Assembly (NCBI RefSeq): GCF_014212355.1
Contig: NZ_JACKXD010000001.1
Location: forward strand, 231,143-271,142
Length of the DNA: 40,000 nucleotides
Direction of reading: 5' to 3'
From: Halobellus ruber
GTDB lineage: Archaea; Halobacteriota; Halobacteria; Halobacteriales; Haloferacaceae
Positions 1-9,156 of this stretch are shown piece after piece. The notes under the pieces are model-generated. The model saw only the letters and a list, made by a program, of their open reading frames with translations. It made no database searches and was not told the origin of the DNA. Within the stretch, counting starts at the first letter, position 1; each line of letters starts with the position of its first letter. A program made the translations under genes and the position numbers.

Positions 1-353
1 TCGGGGTCCTCGGCGTCGTCCCCGCCGTCCCCGATCGCCGCGCTCCGGTCGGCCCGATTCAGGAGGACGCCGCGGTCCCGCGCCGCCGCCGCCACCGCGT
101 CGTTCACGCCGTCGTCGTCGGTCGCGGCCACCGCCAGGGCGGGCGTCGTCCGGTCGAACCACCTCCCCACGTCGTCGGCGGCGGGGCGTGCGCGGATCAG
201 GTCCGCGCCGCCGAAGTCGTCGGCCTCGAAGGCGGGGCTCACGACGACCACCCGGGCCTCCGCGGCGAACCGCCGGGCCTTCCGCGCCCCCACGGGACCG
301 CCGCCGAAGATCAGCACGGTCTGGTCGGTGAAGTCGTGGTACAGCGGGATCAT
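1..353 (-). CDS. sirC: precorrin-2 dehydrogenase / sirohydrochlorin ferrochelatase (SirC type), N-terminal part only; runs off the window start
   Basis: Not in the ORF track (no stop in window). My minus-strand translation from ATG 351-353 reads MIPLYHDFTDQTVLIFGGGPVGARKARRFAAEARVVVVSPAFE..., with a Rossmann GGGxVGxRK motif typical of SirC/CysG-N. It starts 7 nt after the ahbA/B stop, which suggests an operon. Confidence 0.7.
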   Translation of the reverse strand, partial: MIPLYHDFTDQTVLIFGGGPVGARKARRFAAEARVVVVSPAFEADDFGGADLIRARPAADDVGRWFDRTTPALAVAATDDDGVNDAVAAAARDRGVLLNRADRSAAIGDGGDDAEDP

Positions 354-360
354 CGCCCCG

Positions 361-1431
361 TCACTCCGTGTTGGCGTCGGCGCGTTCGTCCAGCCTGATC
401 CCGGTCTTCTTCAGGATTCGTGTCGAGAACAGCGAGTCCCAGTCGCCCTCGTCGACCTCCCAGTACTCCGCCATCGTCTGCTTGACCTCCCGGATCCGGC
501 GGTCGCTCTCGGCCGCCGAGCGGCCGTGGGTCATCGCGAAGAAGTTGTACGGCCACACGCCCTCGTGACGGGGGCGTCGATAGCAGTGCGTGACAAAGGG
601 AAGCGACGCCACCGCCGGGCCGACCGTCTCGACTACGCCGTCGGGGACGTCCCACACGGTCATCCCGTTCTCGGTGTAGCCCAAGGCGTAGTGGTTCGGA
701 ACGACGCCGACGCGACGGACCTTCCCTTCCCGCTCGAACCGCTTGATCGTCCCGACCACCCACGCGGGATCCGCCCCGATCGCGTCGGCGACGTCGGCGT
801 AGGGGCTGTCGGTGATCGGCAGCCCCCCCTGGATCTCCACCACGAGGTCGCGCTCGACGGGCGCCAGCGTCCGCCGGTCGGTGGGGGTCACCTCGGGGCC
901 CAGATCGGAGAGATCCACGTCGCCGTCCTCGATCGGGCCGTCGACGAGGAACTTGGCTTCGACCCGGAACTCCCGCTGTTTCGGCATATTGTACGTTTCC
1001 TGGCCGGTCTCGGCCTCGATCTCGGCCAGCACCTCCCCCACGCGGTCCTCGTCGGCGACGCTGACCACGAACCACATATTCAGATGCGGGTGTTCCCGCT
1101 CGTAGTTGTGCGCGACCTCCCGGTGGCTGTTGACGGCCTCGGCGACCTCGTCGAACCGGTCTTCGGGGGCGTGCATCGCCACCAGGGTGGCGGTCCCGCC
1201 GATCTCCTCGGCGTTCACGAGCGCGCCGAACCGGCTCAGCGTTCCCGCCTCGTCGAGGTGGGCGATCCGCTCGCGGAGTTCCGTCGCGGTCACGCCGACC
1301 CCCCGCTCGCGGAGGGCGGCCGCCGCCGGCTCGAACGGGCGCTCGACGACCGGGAATCCGCCCTGGAAGGCGTTGATGATCGCCCGGTCGAGGCGGGTCA
1401 GTTCCCCGGTCTCGGCGTCGGGGTTGTTCAT
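361..1431 (-). CDS. ahbA: siroheme decarboxylase, fused AhbA/AhbB (NirD/L/G/H-like, two Lrp/AsnC-type modules)
   Basis: ORF-track frame 361..1551(-). Start taken at ATG 1429-1431 (MNNPDAETGELTRLDRAIINAFQGGFPVVERPF...). Two tandem AsnC-like halves are present, and the second begins LAPVERDLVVEIQGGLPITDSPY. The gene is adjacent to sirC. Confidence 0.8.
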   Translation of the reverse strand: MNNPDAETGELTRLDRAIINAFQGGFPVVERPFEPAAAALRERGVGVTATELRERIAHLDEAGTLSRFGALVNAEEIGGTATLVAMHAPEDRFDEVAEAVNSHREVAHNYEREHPHLNMWFVVSVADEDRVGEVLAEIEAETGQETYNMPKQREFRVEAKFLVDGPIEDGDVDLSDLGPEVTPTDRRTLAPVERDLVVEIQGGLPITDSPYADVADAIGADPAWVVGTIKRFEREGKVRRVGVVPNHYALGYTENGMTVWDVPDGVVETVGPAVASLPFVTHCYRRPRHEGVWPYNFFAMTHGRSAAESDRRIREVKQTMAEYWEVDEGDWDSLFSTRILKKTGIRLDERADANTE

Positions 1432-1487
1432 ATCCGTGTTGGGGATGCGAGGAGGATAAGCGTCTCGAAGCGGTCGGACGCCGGTCG

Positions 1488-2882
1488 CTACTCGAACGTC
1501 GCCTGCGGTTCGACCGCGGCGGCCCCCGGAAGCTCGATCCGGACCCGGCACTCCCCGTCGGCTTCCGGGAACTCAAGCCGCCCGTTTGCGTTCTCCACGG
1601 TCCACTTCACCATCCACAGTCCGAATCCCTGGCCGTGGAGCAGCGGGGTCTGTTGCCCCGTTTCCAGCGCTCGTCTGTCGTCCTCCGGGATCGGGTCGCC
1701 GGGGTTCGTGACCTCCACCCGAGTGGCGTCCTCGACGGTCGCGATCGACACGTCGACCCGCGGCGGCGACTCCGGCTGGTGTCTGACCGCATTCTCGACC
1801 AGTTCCTCGACCGCCTCGTCGAAGTTCCCGTCGGTGAACACGGTCCGGGAGCCGTCCACGGACGTCGTCACCTCGACTTCGGGATGGCGGTCTTTCACCC
1901 TCTCTACTGCCTCCGCGATCACCCGCTCGGGGTCGGTTGGTTCGGGATCGCCCTCCGAGAGGGTCGCTTCGACGTGCCGCGCCTTCTCGGAGGTCCGAAG
2001 GATCCGCTCGGCGTTTCGCAGCGTCACGGCGATCCGTTCGCGGGTCTCGTCGGGGAGCTCTTCGGACTCCAACACGTCGCGGAGGTGCCCGAGTATCACG
2101 TTCGTCTCGTTGCGGATATTGTGCCTGAGGGCCCGGTTGAGCACCCCGATCCGCTGCTCCCGACGTTCCAGGCCTTTCCGCGCCTCCTCCAGGCTGTGGG
2201 CCTGTTCCAACATCAGCTTCCCGTTGGACTGGGGTTCCTCGCTGCCGTCGAACTCCTCCGGCGGCACGTAGAACGGGTTCTCACACACCCGTCCCTTGTA
2301 GACGAGCTGTTCGTGGGTCCACAGCGCCTTCCCGATCGACTCCCCGTCGAAGCGGCCAACCCGATACTGACACAGTGCCGTGACCGGGAGGTCGGGGGCG
2401 CGGTCGTCGAAAAGCGACTCGAAGTCGAGGATGCGATCGAACGAGTGCTCCGTGTGGAAGCACCACGTGTTCTCGCCCGCGACGCTTAGCCCGGAGTAGC
2501 CCGACTCGACGGCCCGCTCTGCCTGGGCTTCGAGTTCCGTTGTCATCCGGTCCGGGTCGAACCCGTCGTCGAGATAGACGGCTTCGGCGTCCTCGATCGA
2601 GAGGTCGCCGTCCGCCCCCCGCACACCGGTGTCGATCCCCGCAGTCCGGAGTGCGGCCCTGACGTCGGCGGGGTCGTTGTCGTCACACAGGTACAGCACC
2701 CGACGCCCGCGGCCAAGCTCCCGCCGAACGAACGCGGCGCAGGTGACGAGTTGGCACTCGGTCGACTCGTAGAACAGCGCCAAGTGCCGACAGAGATCAG
2801 CCTCGGCGAACTCCGAAACGATCTCCGGCTCCTCGGGAAGCGTTTCGGGTCCGCCTCCGTCTGGAGTCGTCTCCGAGTACAC
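1488..2882 (-). CDS. MEDS-domain sensor histidine kinase
   Basis: 464-aa ORF with a GTG start at 2880-2882. The N-terminal half looks like a MEDS sensory domain (HLALFYES..., VLYLCDDND). It is followed by the H-box RHNIRNETNVILGH and a C-terminal HATPase_c (ENAVRH, GQGFGLWMV). Confidence 0.8.
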   Translation of the reverse strand: MYSETTPDGGGPETLPEEPEIVSEFAEADLCRHLALFYESTECQLVTCAAFVRRELGRGRRVLYLCDDNDPADVRAALRTAGIDTGVRGADGDLSIEDAEAVYLDDGFDPDRMTTELEAQAERAVESGYSGLSVAGENTWCFHTEHSFDRILDFESLFDDRAPDLPVTALCQYRVGRFDGESIGKALWTHEQLVYKGRVCENPFYVPPEEFDGSEEPQSNGKLMLEQAHSLEEARKGLERREQRIGVLNRALRHNIRNETNVILGHLRDVLESEELPDETRERIAVTLRNAERILRTSEKARHVEATLSEGDPEPTDPERVIAEAVERVKDRHPEVEVTTSVDGSRTVFTDGNFDEAVEELVENAVRHQPESPPRVDVSIATVEDATRVEVTNPGDPIPEDDRRALETGQQTPLLHGQGFGLWMVKWTVENANGRLEFPEADGECRVRIELPGAAAVEPQATFE

Positions 2883-2981
2883 GTCGAATCGTGGCGCCCG
2901 GTTGCGGTTTAGTCTTGTGATCCGTCGAAAACGCCGGAAAGAGACGATCTATCCCGAATCCGTCTTGCGGTTCCGGGACCG

Positions 2982-3377
2982 CTACGGGACCGCCGTCACG
3001 CCGTCGACATACTGCAGGGATTCGAGGTCGGCAACCAGCGACTCCTGCTCGACGGTCGCCTCGTAGTAGAACACGATGTCGAAGGTCCCCTCGCGGAGGA
3101 GCTGCTGACACTCCCAGACGAACGCGTCGTCGAGCGTCAGCCCCTGGAACTGGTTCGACGCGAACTCCTCGGTGTCGTTGCCGGCGTAGATGTACGTCTC
3201 ACCCTTCCCGGCGTGTTCGGCGATGACCTCGTCGATGTCGACCGTGAGTTCGTGCATCTCCAAGTCCTCCTCGCCCCCGAGGTCGGTGTGGACGACCGCG
3301 CCGACGAGTTCGATCTCCCCGGGTTCCAGGAGGGCCTTGGTCCGCCGGTAGAGGTCCTCGTCGAGAATTTCGCTCAT
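2982..3377 (-). CDS. conserved acidic hypothetical protein (131 aa)
   Basis: ORF 2982..3545(-). Start placed at ATG 3375-3377 (MSEILDEDLYRRTKALLEPGE...). The upstream extension is non-acidic and looks like junk. Composition is typical of a haloarchaeal cytoplasmic protein. I recognise no catalytic motif. Confidence 0.6.
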   Translation of the reverse strand: MSEILDEDLYRRTKALLEPGEIELVGAVVHTDLGGEEDLEMHELTVDIDEVIAEHAGKGETYIYAGNDTEEFASNQFQGLTLDDAFVWECQQLLREGTFDIVFYYEATVEQESLVADLESLQYVDGVTAVP

Positions 3378-3591
3378 ACCGGGCGGTCGTTCGCACCGAA
3401 TAAACGGGTGGCGGTTCGGTGCTCGTACCGTGTCTGGATGCACGATAGCCGATTGGAGATCCACCGTCGGGCGGGACTGGAAGGGGGCTTCCGATCTCTT
3501 CTCCACACTGTCTCCGTCGCTTACAGTTGTACCCAAACAGTACACGTACTTGCGACGGAACGCTTTTCTCGCCGCCGGGCGGCTTTCTCGT

Positions 3592-4497
3592 ATGCCAATC
3601 GGGGAGCTGTACTCGGTCGACGGCGCCAGCGACGTCCACTACGTCGACGTCGGCACTCACGGCGTCCCGAACTACGGGTCGGTCTACGCCGTCGACGCCG
3701 AAGAGCCCGCGATCGTCGACACCGGCACCGGACGGAACGACGACCGTGTGCTCGACGCCTTGGACGAACTCGACATCGACCCGGAGACAGTCCGGCACAT
3801 CCTCCTGACGCACGCCCACCTGGACCACGCCGGCGGCGCGGGCGCGCTCGTCGAGGCGTGTCCGAACGCGACCGTCCGGATCCACGAGGCCGGTGCCCCC
3901 CACCTCGTCGACCCCGACCGGCTCGTCGCGGGCACGAAGGAGGCGGTCGGCGACCACTGGGAGTTCTACGCCGACCCCGTTCCGCTCCCCGAAGCGCGCG
4001 TCGCGTCCCTGACCGACGGCGACGAGGTCGACCTCGGCGACCGAACGCTCGCGGTCCACGGCGCGCCGGGCCACGCCCCCCACCAGGTGTTGTTTCACGA
4101 GGCCGAAGACGATCTGCTGTTTACCGGCGACGCCGCCGGGATCTACGTCCCCGGACGGGGGATCAAGGAGTCGTCGCCGCCGCCGCAGTTCGACCTGGAG
4201 GGGTGTCTCGACGACGTCCGGACCATCGAGGGGATAGCCCCCGACACCCTCTGTTTCGGCCACTTCGGCGCGGTAACCTACCGGCCGGAACTGATGGCTG
4301 AGTACAAGCGCACGCTGGTGGAGTGGGTCGAGGCGGTCCGACGGAAGCGCGCCGAACTCGGCGACGACGATGCGGTCCGCGAGCACTTCGCCGACACGAC
4401 GGATCTGGCGGACGTCTGGAGCGACCGGAAGGCGCGCGCCGAGGAGCGGCTGAACGTCCGCGGCGTGCTCGTCGCGCTGGATCGCGGGAAGGCGTAA
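3592..4497 (+). CDS. MBL-fold metallo-hydrolase
   Basis: ORF 3430..4497(+). Start taken at ATG 3592 (MPIGELYSVDG...). The HxHxDH metallo-beta-lactamase motif is present as LLTHAHLDHAGG. Confidence 0.85.
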   Translation: MPIGELYSVDGASDVHYVDVGTHGVPNYGSVYAVDAEEPAIVDTGTGRNDDRVLDALDELDIDPETVRHILLTHAHLDHAGGAGALVEACPNATVRIHEAGAPHLVDPDRLVAGTKEAVGDHWEFYADPVPLPEARVASLTDGDEVDLGDRTLAVHGAPGHAPHQVLFHEAEDDLLFTGDAAGIYVPGRGIKESSPPPQFDLEGCLDDVRTIEGIAPDTLCFGHFGAVTYRPELMAEYKRTLVEWVEAVRRKRAELGDDDAVREHFADTTDLADVWSDRKARAEERLNVRGVLVALDRGKA

Positions 4498-4548
4498 GGT
4501 CGGCGCCGCCGGCCGATCGGTGTGGCCGCTGCTCGGCGTCGGTTCCGT

Positions 4549-4579
4549 AAAAAAGCGGGTTCGCGTGGTTCGATCCCGC
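4549..4579 (-). terminator. hairpin plus T6 tract downstream of aor (minus strand)
   Basis: GCGGG (4555-4559) pairs with CCCGC (4575-4579). The A6 run at 4549-4554 is T6 on the minus strand and lies just 3' of the hairpin in the aor transcript direction. Confidence 0.4.
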
Positions 4580-4670
4580 CGCCCGTCCCGACCGGGCGTG
4601 TCGGCGGTTCGACGCGCCGTGCCGACACCCCGTCTTCGGGGCCGGGGCAAATCAGCGTTGTCGTCTGCGG

Positions 4671-6656
4671 TCAGTCGTCGGCGGGGGCGGGGCTGTCGCC
4701 CGTGGAGACGCCCGTGCCCGGCCCGACGTCGATGCCGAGCTCCTCGAGCCGGTCGTCGGGAACGACCCCGTCGACCCACCCGCGGCGGTCGTAGTACTCC
4801 CGTTTCATCTCGTCGAGCTCACACAGCTCGCCTTCCATCCCGCCCTGGCCGGGGATCGCGTTCTCGTGGCCCTCCACGAACCGCCCCGGCAGCGAGTCGT
4901 CCGCGCCGTCGAAGCCGGCGAGGTTGTTGTAGTACCGTTCGAGGGTGTAGATCCGGTCGCCGGCCTCCATCAGCTCGTCCTCGGTGAGGTCGCGGCCGGT
5001 CATCCCGTTGTACTGGTCGACGTACTCGTCGATGCCCTCCGCGAATGCGTTGAACTTGCAGATGTCGAAGGAGTCGGAGATCGCGTGGAGGTCCTGGAAG
5101 AGGGCACACAGCTCGCCTTTGCCCTCCCACTCGGTCGGGTCGACCTTCTCCGGGATGCCCAGGATCTCCGCCGACGGCGTGTAGCCGCGGAGGTGACACG
5201 CGCCGCGGTTCGAGGTGGCGTAGCCGATCCCCATCCCCTTCATCGCGCGGGGGTCGTAGGCGGGGATCGTCTGGCCCTTGACGGCCAGGGAGTTGTCGTG
5301 GGCGTCCTTCTCCTCGGCGACGCGGCGGGCGCCCTTCGCAAGCAGGTCGCCGAGCTCGGAGTCGCGGTGGGCGATCTCCTCGAGGAGATCGAGCATATGC
5401 TCGGTGTCGCCCCAGTCGATGCCAGAGTGGGACTCCGTCCCACTCGCAGACGGGCTCCGCCCGTCGACGTCGTTGAGATCGTCGAGTTTGCCCTCCTCGG
5501 TCATCTCCATCGCCATCGCGATCATGTTGCCGGCCTCGATTGTGTCCATCCCGAGGTCGTTGCACATGTTGATCATCACGGCGATGGAGTCGCGGTCGTC
5601 GTTCATCGAGTTGGGGCCGAGCGCGAACGCCGACTCGTACTCGTAGGACTCCCCGCGGACGTTCAGCTCCTCGCCCTTCCGCTCGTAGGTGACCTCGGTC
5701 TCCTTCTTACACGCGACCGGACACGAGTGACACGTCGGCTCGTCGACCAGGATGTTCTCCCGGACGTTCTCGCCGGAGACCTTCTCGGCGTCGATGTTGA
5801 CGTCGTCGGGTTCGGCCTCGGCCTCGGAGTGCGTCGAGGTGTACTTGGCGTTCCGGGTGGGAAGCCCGTCCATCTCCTCGGTGAGGTTCATCAGGACGTT
5901 GGTGCCGTACATCGAGAGCCCGCCCTCGTTGGGGGCGGTGACGTCGGACTCCTGGATGAGTTTCATCGCCTGCTGGTAGCCCTCGGTGAACGTTTCAGGC
6001 TCTGCGGGCTTCGGCATCCGCGTCCCGGACTTGATCACGACGGCCTTCAGCCCCTTCGAGCCCATCACACAGCCGGTGCCGCCGCGGCCGGAGGCCCGGT
6101 CGTCCTCGTTGACGATGCAGGCGTACTTCACGCCGTTCTCGCCGGCGGGACCGATCGCCATCGCCGAGAGGTTCTTCCCGAACGCCCCTTCGTGTTCTTC
6201 CTCGATCTCGTCCATCGTGTCGTGGACGCCGAGCCCCCACAGCTCGGATGCGTCCCGGAGTTCGACCTCGCCGTCCTCGACGTAGGCGTACACCGGGTCG
6301 TCGGCCTCGCCCTCGAACAACAGGCCGTCGAAGCCTGCCCACTTGAGCCGCGCGCCCGACCAGCCGCCGTGGTGGGAGTCGGTGACCGTCCCCGTCAGCG
6401 GGGATTTGGTACAGACCGCGATCCGCCCGCTCATCGGGGCTTGCGTCCCGGTAAGCGGACCGTTGGCGAACGCGAGCAGGTTCTCCGGTCCCTCCGGGTC
6501 GACGTCGGGGCCCTGATCGAAGACGTACTTCGCTCCGAGACCGCGGCCGCCGATGTACTTCTCGGCGTCCTCCTGGTCGATTCCCTCGTACTGTACGTCG
6601 TCGCCCGAAAGATCGATCCGGGCGACGTGGTCGTTGAATCCGCCTAAGTCGGTCAT
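4671..6656 (-). CDS. aor: aldehyde:ferredoxin oxidoreductase (tungsto/molybdopterin AOR family)
   Basis: 661-aa ORF with ATG at 6654-6656. It matches the AOR N-terminal domain (RIDLSGDDVQYEGIDQEDAEKYIGGRGLGAKY...PLTGT) and carries the cluster-ligand region EPTCHSCPVACKK. Confidence 0.9.
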   Translation of the reverse strand: MTDLGGFNDHVARIDLSGDDVQYEGIDQEDAEKYIGGRGLGAKYVFDQGPDVDPEGPENLLAFANGPLTGTQAPMSGRIAVCTKSPLTGTVTDSHHGGWSGARLKWAGFDGLLFEGEADDPVYAYVEDGEVELRDASELWGLGVHDTMDEIEEEHEGAFGKNLSAMAIGPAGENGVKYACIVNEDDRASGRGGTGCVMGSKGLKAVVIKSGTRMPKPAEPETFTEGYQQAMKLIQESDVTAPNEGGLSMYGTNVLMNLTEEMDGLPTRNAKYTSTHSEAEAEPDDVNIDAEKVSGENVRENILVDEPTCHSCPVACKKETEVTYERKGEELNVRGESYEYESAFALGPNSMNDDRDSIAVMINMCNDLGMDTIEAGNMIAMAMEMTEEGKLDDLNDVDGRSPSASGTESHSGIDWGDTEHMLDLLEEIAHRDSELGDLLAKGARRVAEEKDAHDNSLAVKGQTIPAYDPRAMKGMGIGYATSNRGACHLRGYTPSAEILGIPEKVDPTEWEGKGELCALFQDLHAISDSFDICKFNAFAEGIDEYVDQYNGMTGRDLTEDELMEAGDRIYTLERYYNNLAGFDGADDSLPGRFVEGHENAIPGQGGMEGELCELDEMKREYYDRRGWVDGVVPDDRLEELGIDVGPGTGVSTGDSPAPADD

Positions 6657-6834
6657 AGTTAATGTACACAGTTCAATACATCCTCAGCTATGTTAATCGT
6701 TACCCCGAGTACGTAACCCAATTCACTTACACGAACCGTCGTCGGGATCCCCTGCCGCTTCCGTCCGCATCGTCCGACCCCGACCGCACCCTGCTCCGAC
6801 GGAGATTTACCCCGCCGCCGGCTACCCCGACACA

Positions 6835-7977
6835 ATGAGCCAGCCGAGCCCGGAGGTCTACGAGCGTGGCAAGGGGATGGACGCCCACAACCAGGTGATG
6901 CGGGCGGTTCGTGCGGAGAAGGACAAACACTACGACCCCCACGAGCCCACGCGGGTCTGGCTGGACGAGGACAACACCCCCGACGGGGTGGTCACGTCGC
7001 TGACGATCATCCTCAACACCGGCGGGTGTCGGTGGGCTCGCGCCGGCGGGTGTACAATGTGCGGCTACGTGGCCGAGTCCGTCGAGGGCGGCAGCGTCGC
7101 CCACGACGCCCTGATGGACCAGATCGACGTCTGCCTGGAGCACGAGGCCGAGAACATCGGGGGGTCGGAGACGCCCCGCGCAGACGGCGAAGCCGTCGAC
7201 GCGGAGGAGCGGGCGGACCTCATCAAGATCTACACCTCCGGGTCGTTCCTCGACGAACGGGAGGTCGGTGCCGAGACCCGGGCGGCGATCGCCGACACCT
7301 TCGCCGACCGCGAGCGGATCGTGGTGGAGTCGCTGCCGGACTTCGTCGACCGCGACAAACTCGCCGACTTCACCGACGTCGGGCTGTCGACGGACGTCGC
7401 GGTCGGGCTGGAGACCGCAACCGACCGAGTCCGCCACGACTGCGTGAACAAGTACTTCGATTTCGCGGACTTCGAGGCCGCCTGCGCTGAGGTCCGCGAG
7501 GCCGATGCCGCGGCTGACGGGGTCGACGCGGGCGTGAAGGCGTATCTCCTGATGAAACCCCCGTTCCTCTCGGAGTCGGAGGCGGTCGACGATATGATCT
7601 CCTCCGTCCGGCGGTGTGCCGCGGTCGACGGCTGTCACACCGTCTCGATGAACCCCTGTAACGTCCAGCGGTACACGATGGTGGACGAACTGTTCTTCCG
7701 GGGCGGCTACCGGCCGCCGTGGCTGTGGTCGGTCACCGAGGTGCTGGAGGCCACCGCCGACGTCGACGCCATCGTGGTGTCGGACCCCGTCGGCCACGGC
7801 TCCGACCGCGGCCCGCACAACTGCGGGGAGTGCGACGACCGGGTGCAGACGGCGATCAAGGACTTCGACCGCCGGCAGGACCCCGCGGTCTTCGAGCAGG
7901 TGCACTGCGAGTGTGAAGCCACCTGGGAGTACGTCCTCGACGCCGAGACCAGCTACGCGATGCCGCTTTCGCGTTAG
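6835..7977 (+). CDS. archaeosine biosynthesis radical-SAM protein RaSEA (TIGR01210-like)
   Basis: 380-aa ORF with ATG at 6835. It carries the characteristic LNTGGCRWARAGGCTMCGY cysteine motif, and its length and overall pattern fit the RaSEA family. Confidence 0.8.
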   Translation: MSQPSPEVYERGKGMDAHNQVMRAVRAEKDKHYDPHEPTRVWLDEDNTPDGVVTSLTIILNTGGCRWARAGGCTMCGYVAESVEGGSVAHDALMDQIDVCLEHEAENIGGSETPRADGEAVDAEERADLIKIYTSGSFLDEREVGAETRAAIADTFADRERIVVESLPDFVDRDKLADFTDVGLSTDVAVGLETATDRVRHDCVNKYFDFADFEAACAEVREADAAADGVDAGVKAYLLMKPPFLSESEAVDDMISSVRRCAAVDGCHTVSMNPCNVQRYTMVDELFFRGGYRPPWLWSVTEVLEATADVDAIVVSDPVGHGSDRGPHNCGECDDRVQTAIKDFDRRQDPAVFEQVHCECEATWEYVLDAETSYAMPLSR

Positions 7978-7987
7978 GTCGTTGCAG

Positions 7988-8395
7988 TCACTGTCGCCGG
8001 TCGGCGCGGCGACTCCGCGCCCGCGCGAGGAGGAACCCGACGCCGGCGACGACGAGGAGGACGCTCCCGACGACGACGCTCCCGCTCCGGATGGCGGTCC
8101 CGACGGCGATGCCGGCCCACGCGGCGCCGAAGATCCCGTGTGCGATTGCGAACAGCCGGCGGCCGCGCCGCAGGAAGACGGGGACGCCGAGACAGAACCC
8201 GGCGGCGAGAACGACCGCCGAGAGCGCGACGGGACGGGCCCGGACCGAGCCGACCGCGATCGGCCCGACAACCGGTTCTAAGAGGAACAACAGTCCGCCG
8301 AGCCCGACGAGTACCCCGACGACGGCGGGCCAGGGTTCGACGTCGAGTGCGGCCGTGACGTCGGGCCGGTCGCTCGCTTCCGGACGGTCGGTCAC
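7988..8395 (-). CDS. hypothetical integral membrane protein (about 4 TM helices, 135 aa)
   Basis: This is the 3' part of ORF 7988..8785(-). The 5' part of that ORF overlaps purQ out of frame and is Arg-rich junk. Start placed at GTG 8393-8395 (VTDRPEASDRPDV...), followed by hydrophobic helices. Confidence 0.5.
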   Translation of the reverse strand: MTDRPEASDRPDVTAALDVEPWPAVVGVLVGLGGLLFLLEPVVGPIAVGSVRARPVALSAVVLAAGFCLGVPVFLRRGRRLFAIAHGIFGAAWAGIAVGTAIRSGSVVVGSVLLVVAGVGFLLARARSRRADRRQ

Positions 8396-8478
8396 GGCGC
8401 GTCGGGCCTCCCTGCGGGGACACCTCGTCGGCGATCCATACCGCCCGTTCGACCCCAGCGGATTGAACCGTTCTCCGG

Positions 8479-9156
8479 TCAGGCGAACGCCCGCAGCACG
8501 CCCTGCCCGTCGACGCTCCGGTTCAAATCCGGCAGCGACGCTCGCTCGGGGTGGGGCATCAGAACGGCAACGGTCTCCCGCTCCCCGAGGATCCCCGCGA
8601 CGTTGCCCTTCGAGCCGTTGGGGTTGGCGTCGTCGGTCACGGTTCCGTCGGCGTCGCAGTAGCGGAACAGGACCCGATCGTCGGCGACGAGGTCGTCGTA
8701 GCGGTCGTCGCCGATCTCGAAGCGGCCCTCGCCGTGGGCGATCGGCACCGACAGCACCTCGCCTTCGTCGTAGGCAGCGGTCCACGGCGTGTCGGCGTTC
8801 TCGACCCGGAGGTGGACGTACTCACACTGGAAGCGGGCGCTTTCGTTGGTGGTGAACGCGCCGGGAGTCAGTTTCGCCTCGCAGCCGATCTGGGCGCCGT
8901 TGCAGACGCCGAGGACGGGCACGCCGTCGTCGGCCGCGTCGCAGACCGCGTCCGTAATCGGCGAGTGCGCCGCCATCGCCCCCGCCCGGAGGTAGTCGCC
9001 GTAGGAGAACCCCCCGGGGATGACGATCCCCTCAGTGGCTGCGGGCAGGCCGTCCTCGTGCCAGACGCGTTCGGCGTCGACGCCGAGGTGCGAGAGCGCG
9101 CGGACGGCGTCGCGGTCGCAGTTCGAGCCGCCGAACTGGACGACAGCGACTGTCAC
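8479..9156 (-). CDS. purQ: phosphoribosylformylglycinamidine synthase I, glutaminase subunit
   Basis: ORF 8479..9165(-). It shows GATase-1 motifs (VLGVCNGAQ, MPHPER). Two in-frame GTG codons are available (9165, 9156). The second lies 6 nt after GAGGTG and gives the usual MTVAVVQFGGSNCDRD N-terminus. Confidence 0.9.
   Translation of the reverse strand: MTVAVVQFGGSNCDRDAVRALSHLGVDAERVWHEDGLPAATEGIVIPGGFSYGDYLRAGAMAAHSPITDAVCDAADDGVPVLGVCNGAQIGCEAKLTPGAFTTNESARFQCEYVHLRVENADTPWTAAYDEGEVLSVPIAHGEGRFEIGDDRYDDLVADDRVLFRYCDADGTVTDDANPNGSKGNVAGILGERETVAVLMPHPERASLPDLNRSVDGQGVLRAFA

Noticed and set aside
328-2271. 647-aa plus-strand ORF, together with similar long ORFs at 350..1576(-), 3199..4779(-), 4866..6647(+) and 6727..8271(-)
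   Set aside because: They lie antisense to, or out of frame with, genes that have clear family signatures. Their translations are Arg/Pro/Gly-rich and basic, unlike the acidic haloarchaeal proteome. Stop-free shadow frames like these are expected in very GC-rich DNA.
4561-4590. tRNA-like GGTTCGATCCCGCC segment, suggesting a tRNA gene or fragment
   Set aside because: The T-stem would have only 4 pairs. No complementary acceptor 5' strand (ACGGGCG) and no D or anticodon arms exist upstream. The segment is better explained as part of the hairpin series downstream of aor.
8396-8785. 5' extension of the membrane-protein ORF 7988..8785(-) to 265 aa
   Set aside because: The extension overlaps purQ (8479-9156) in another frame and is Arg-rich junk. 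The hydrophobic, protein-like part begins only after GTG 8395.
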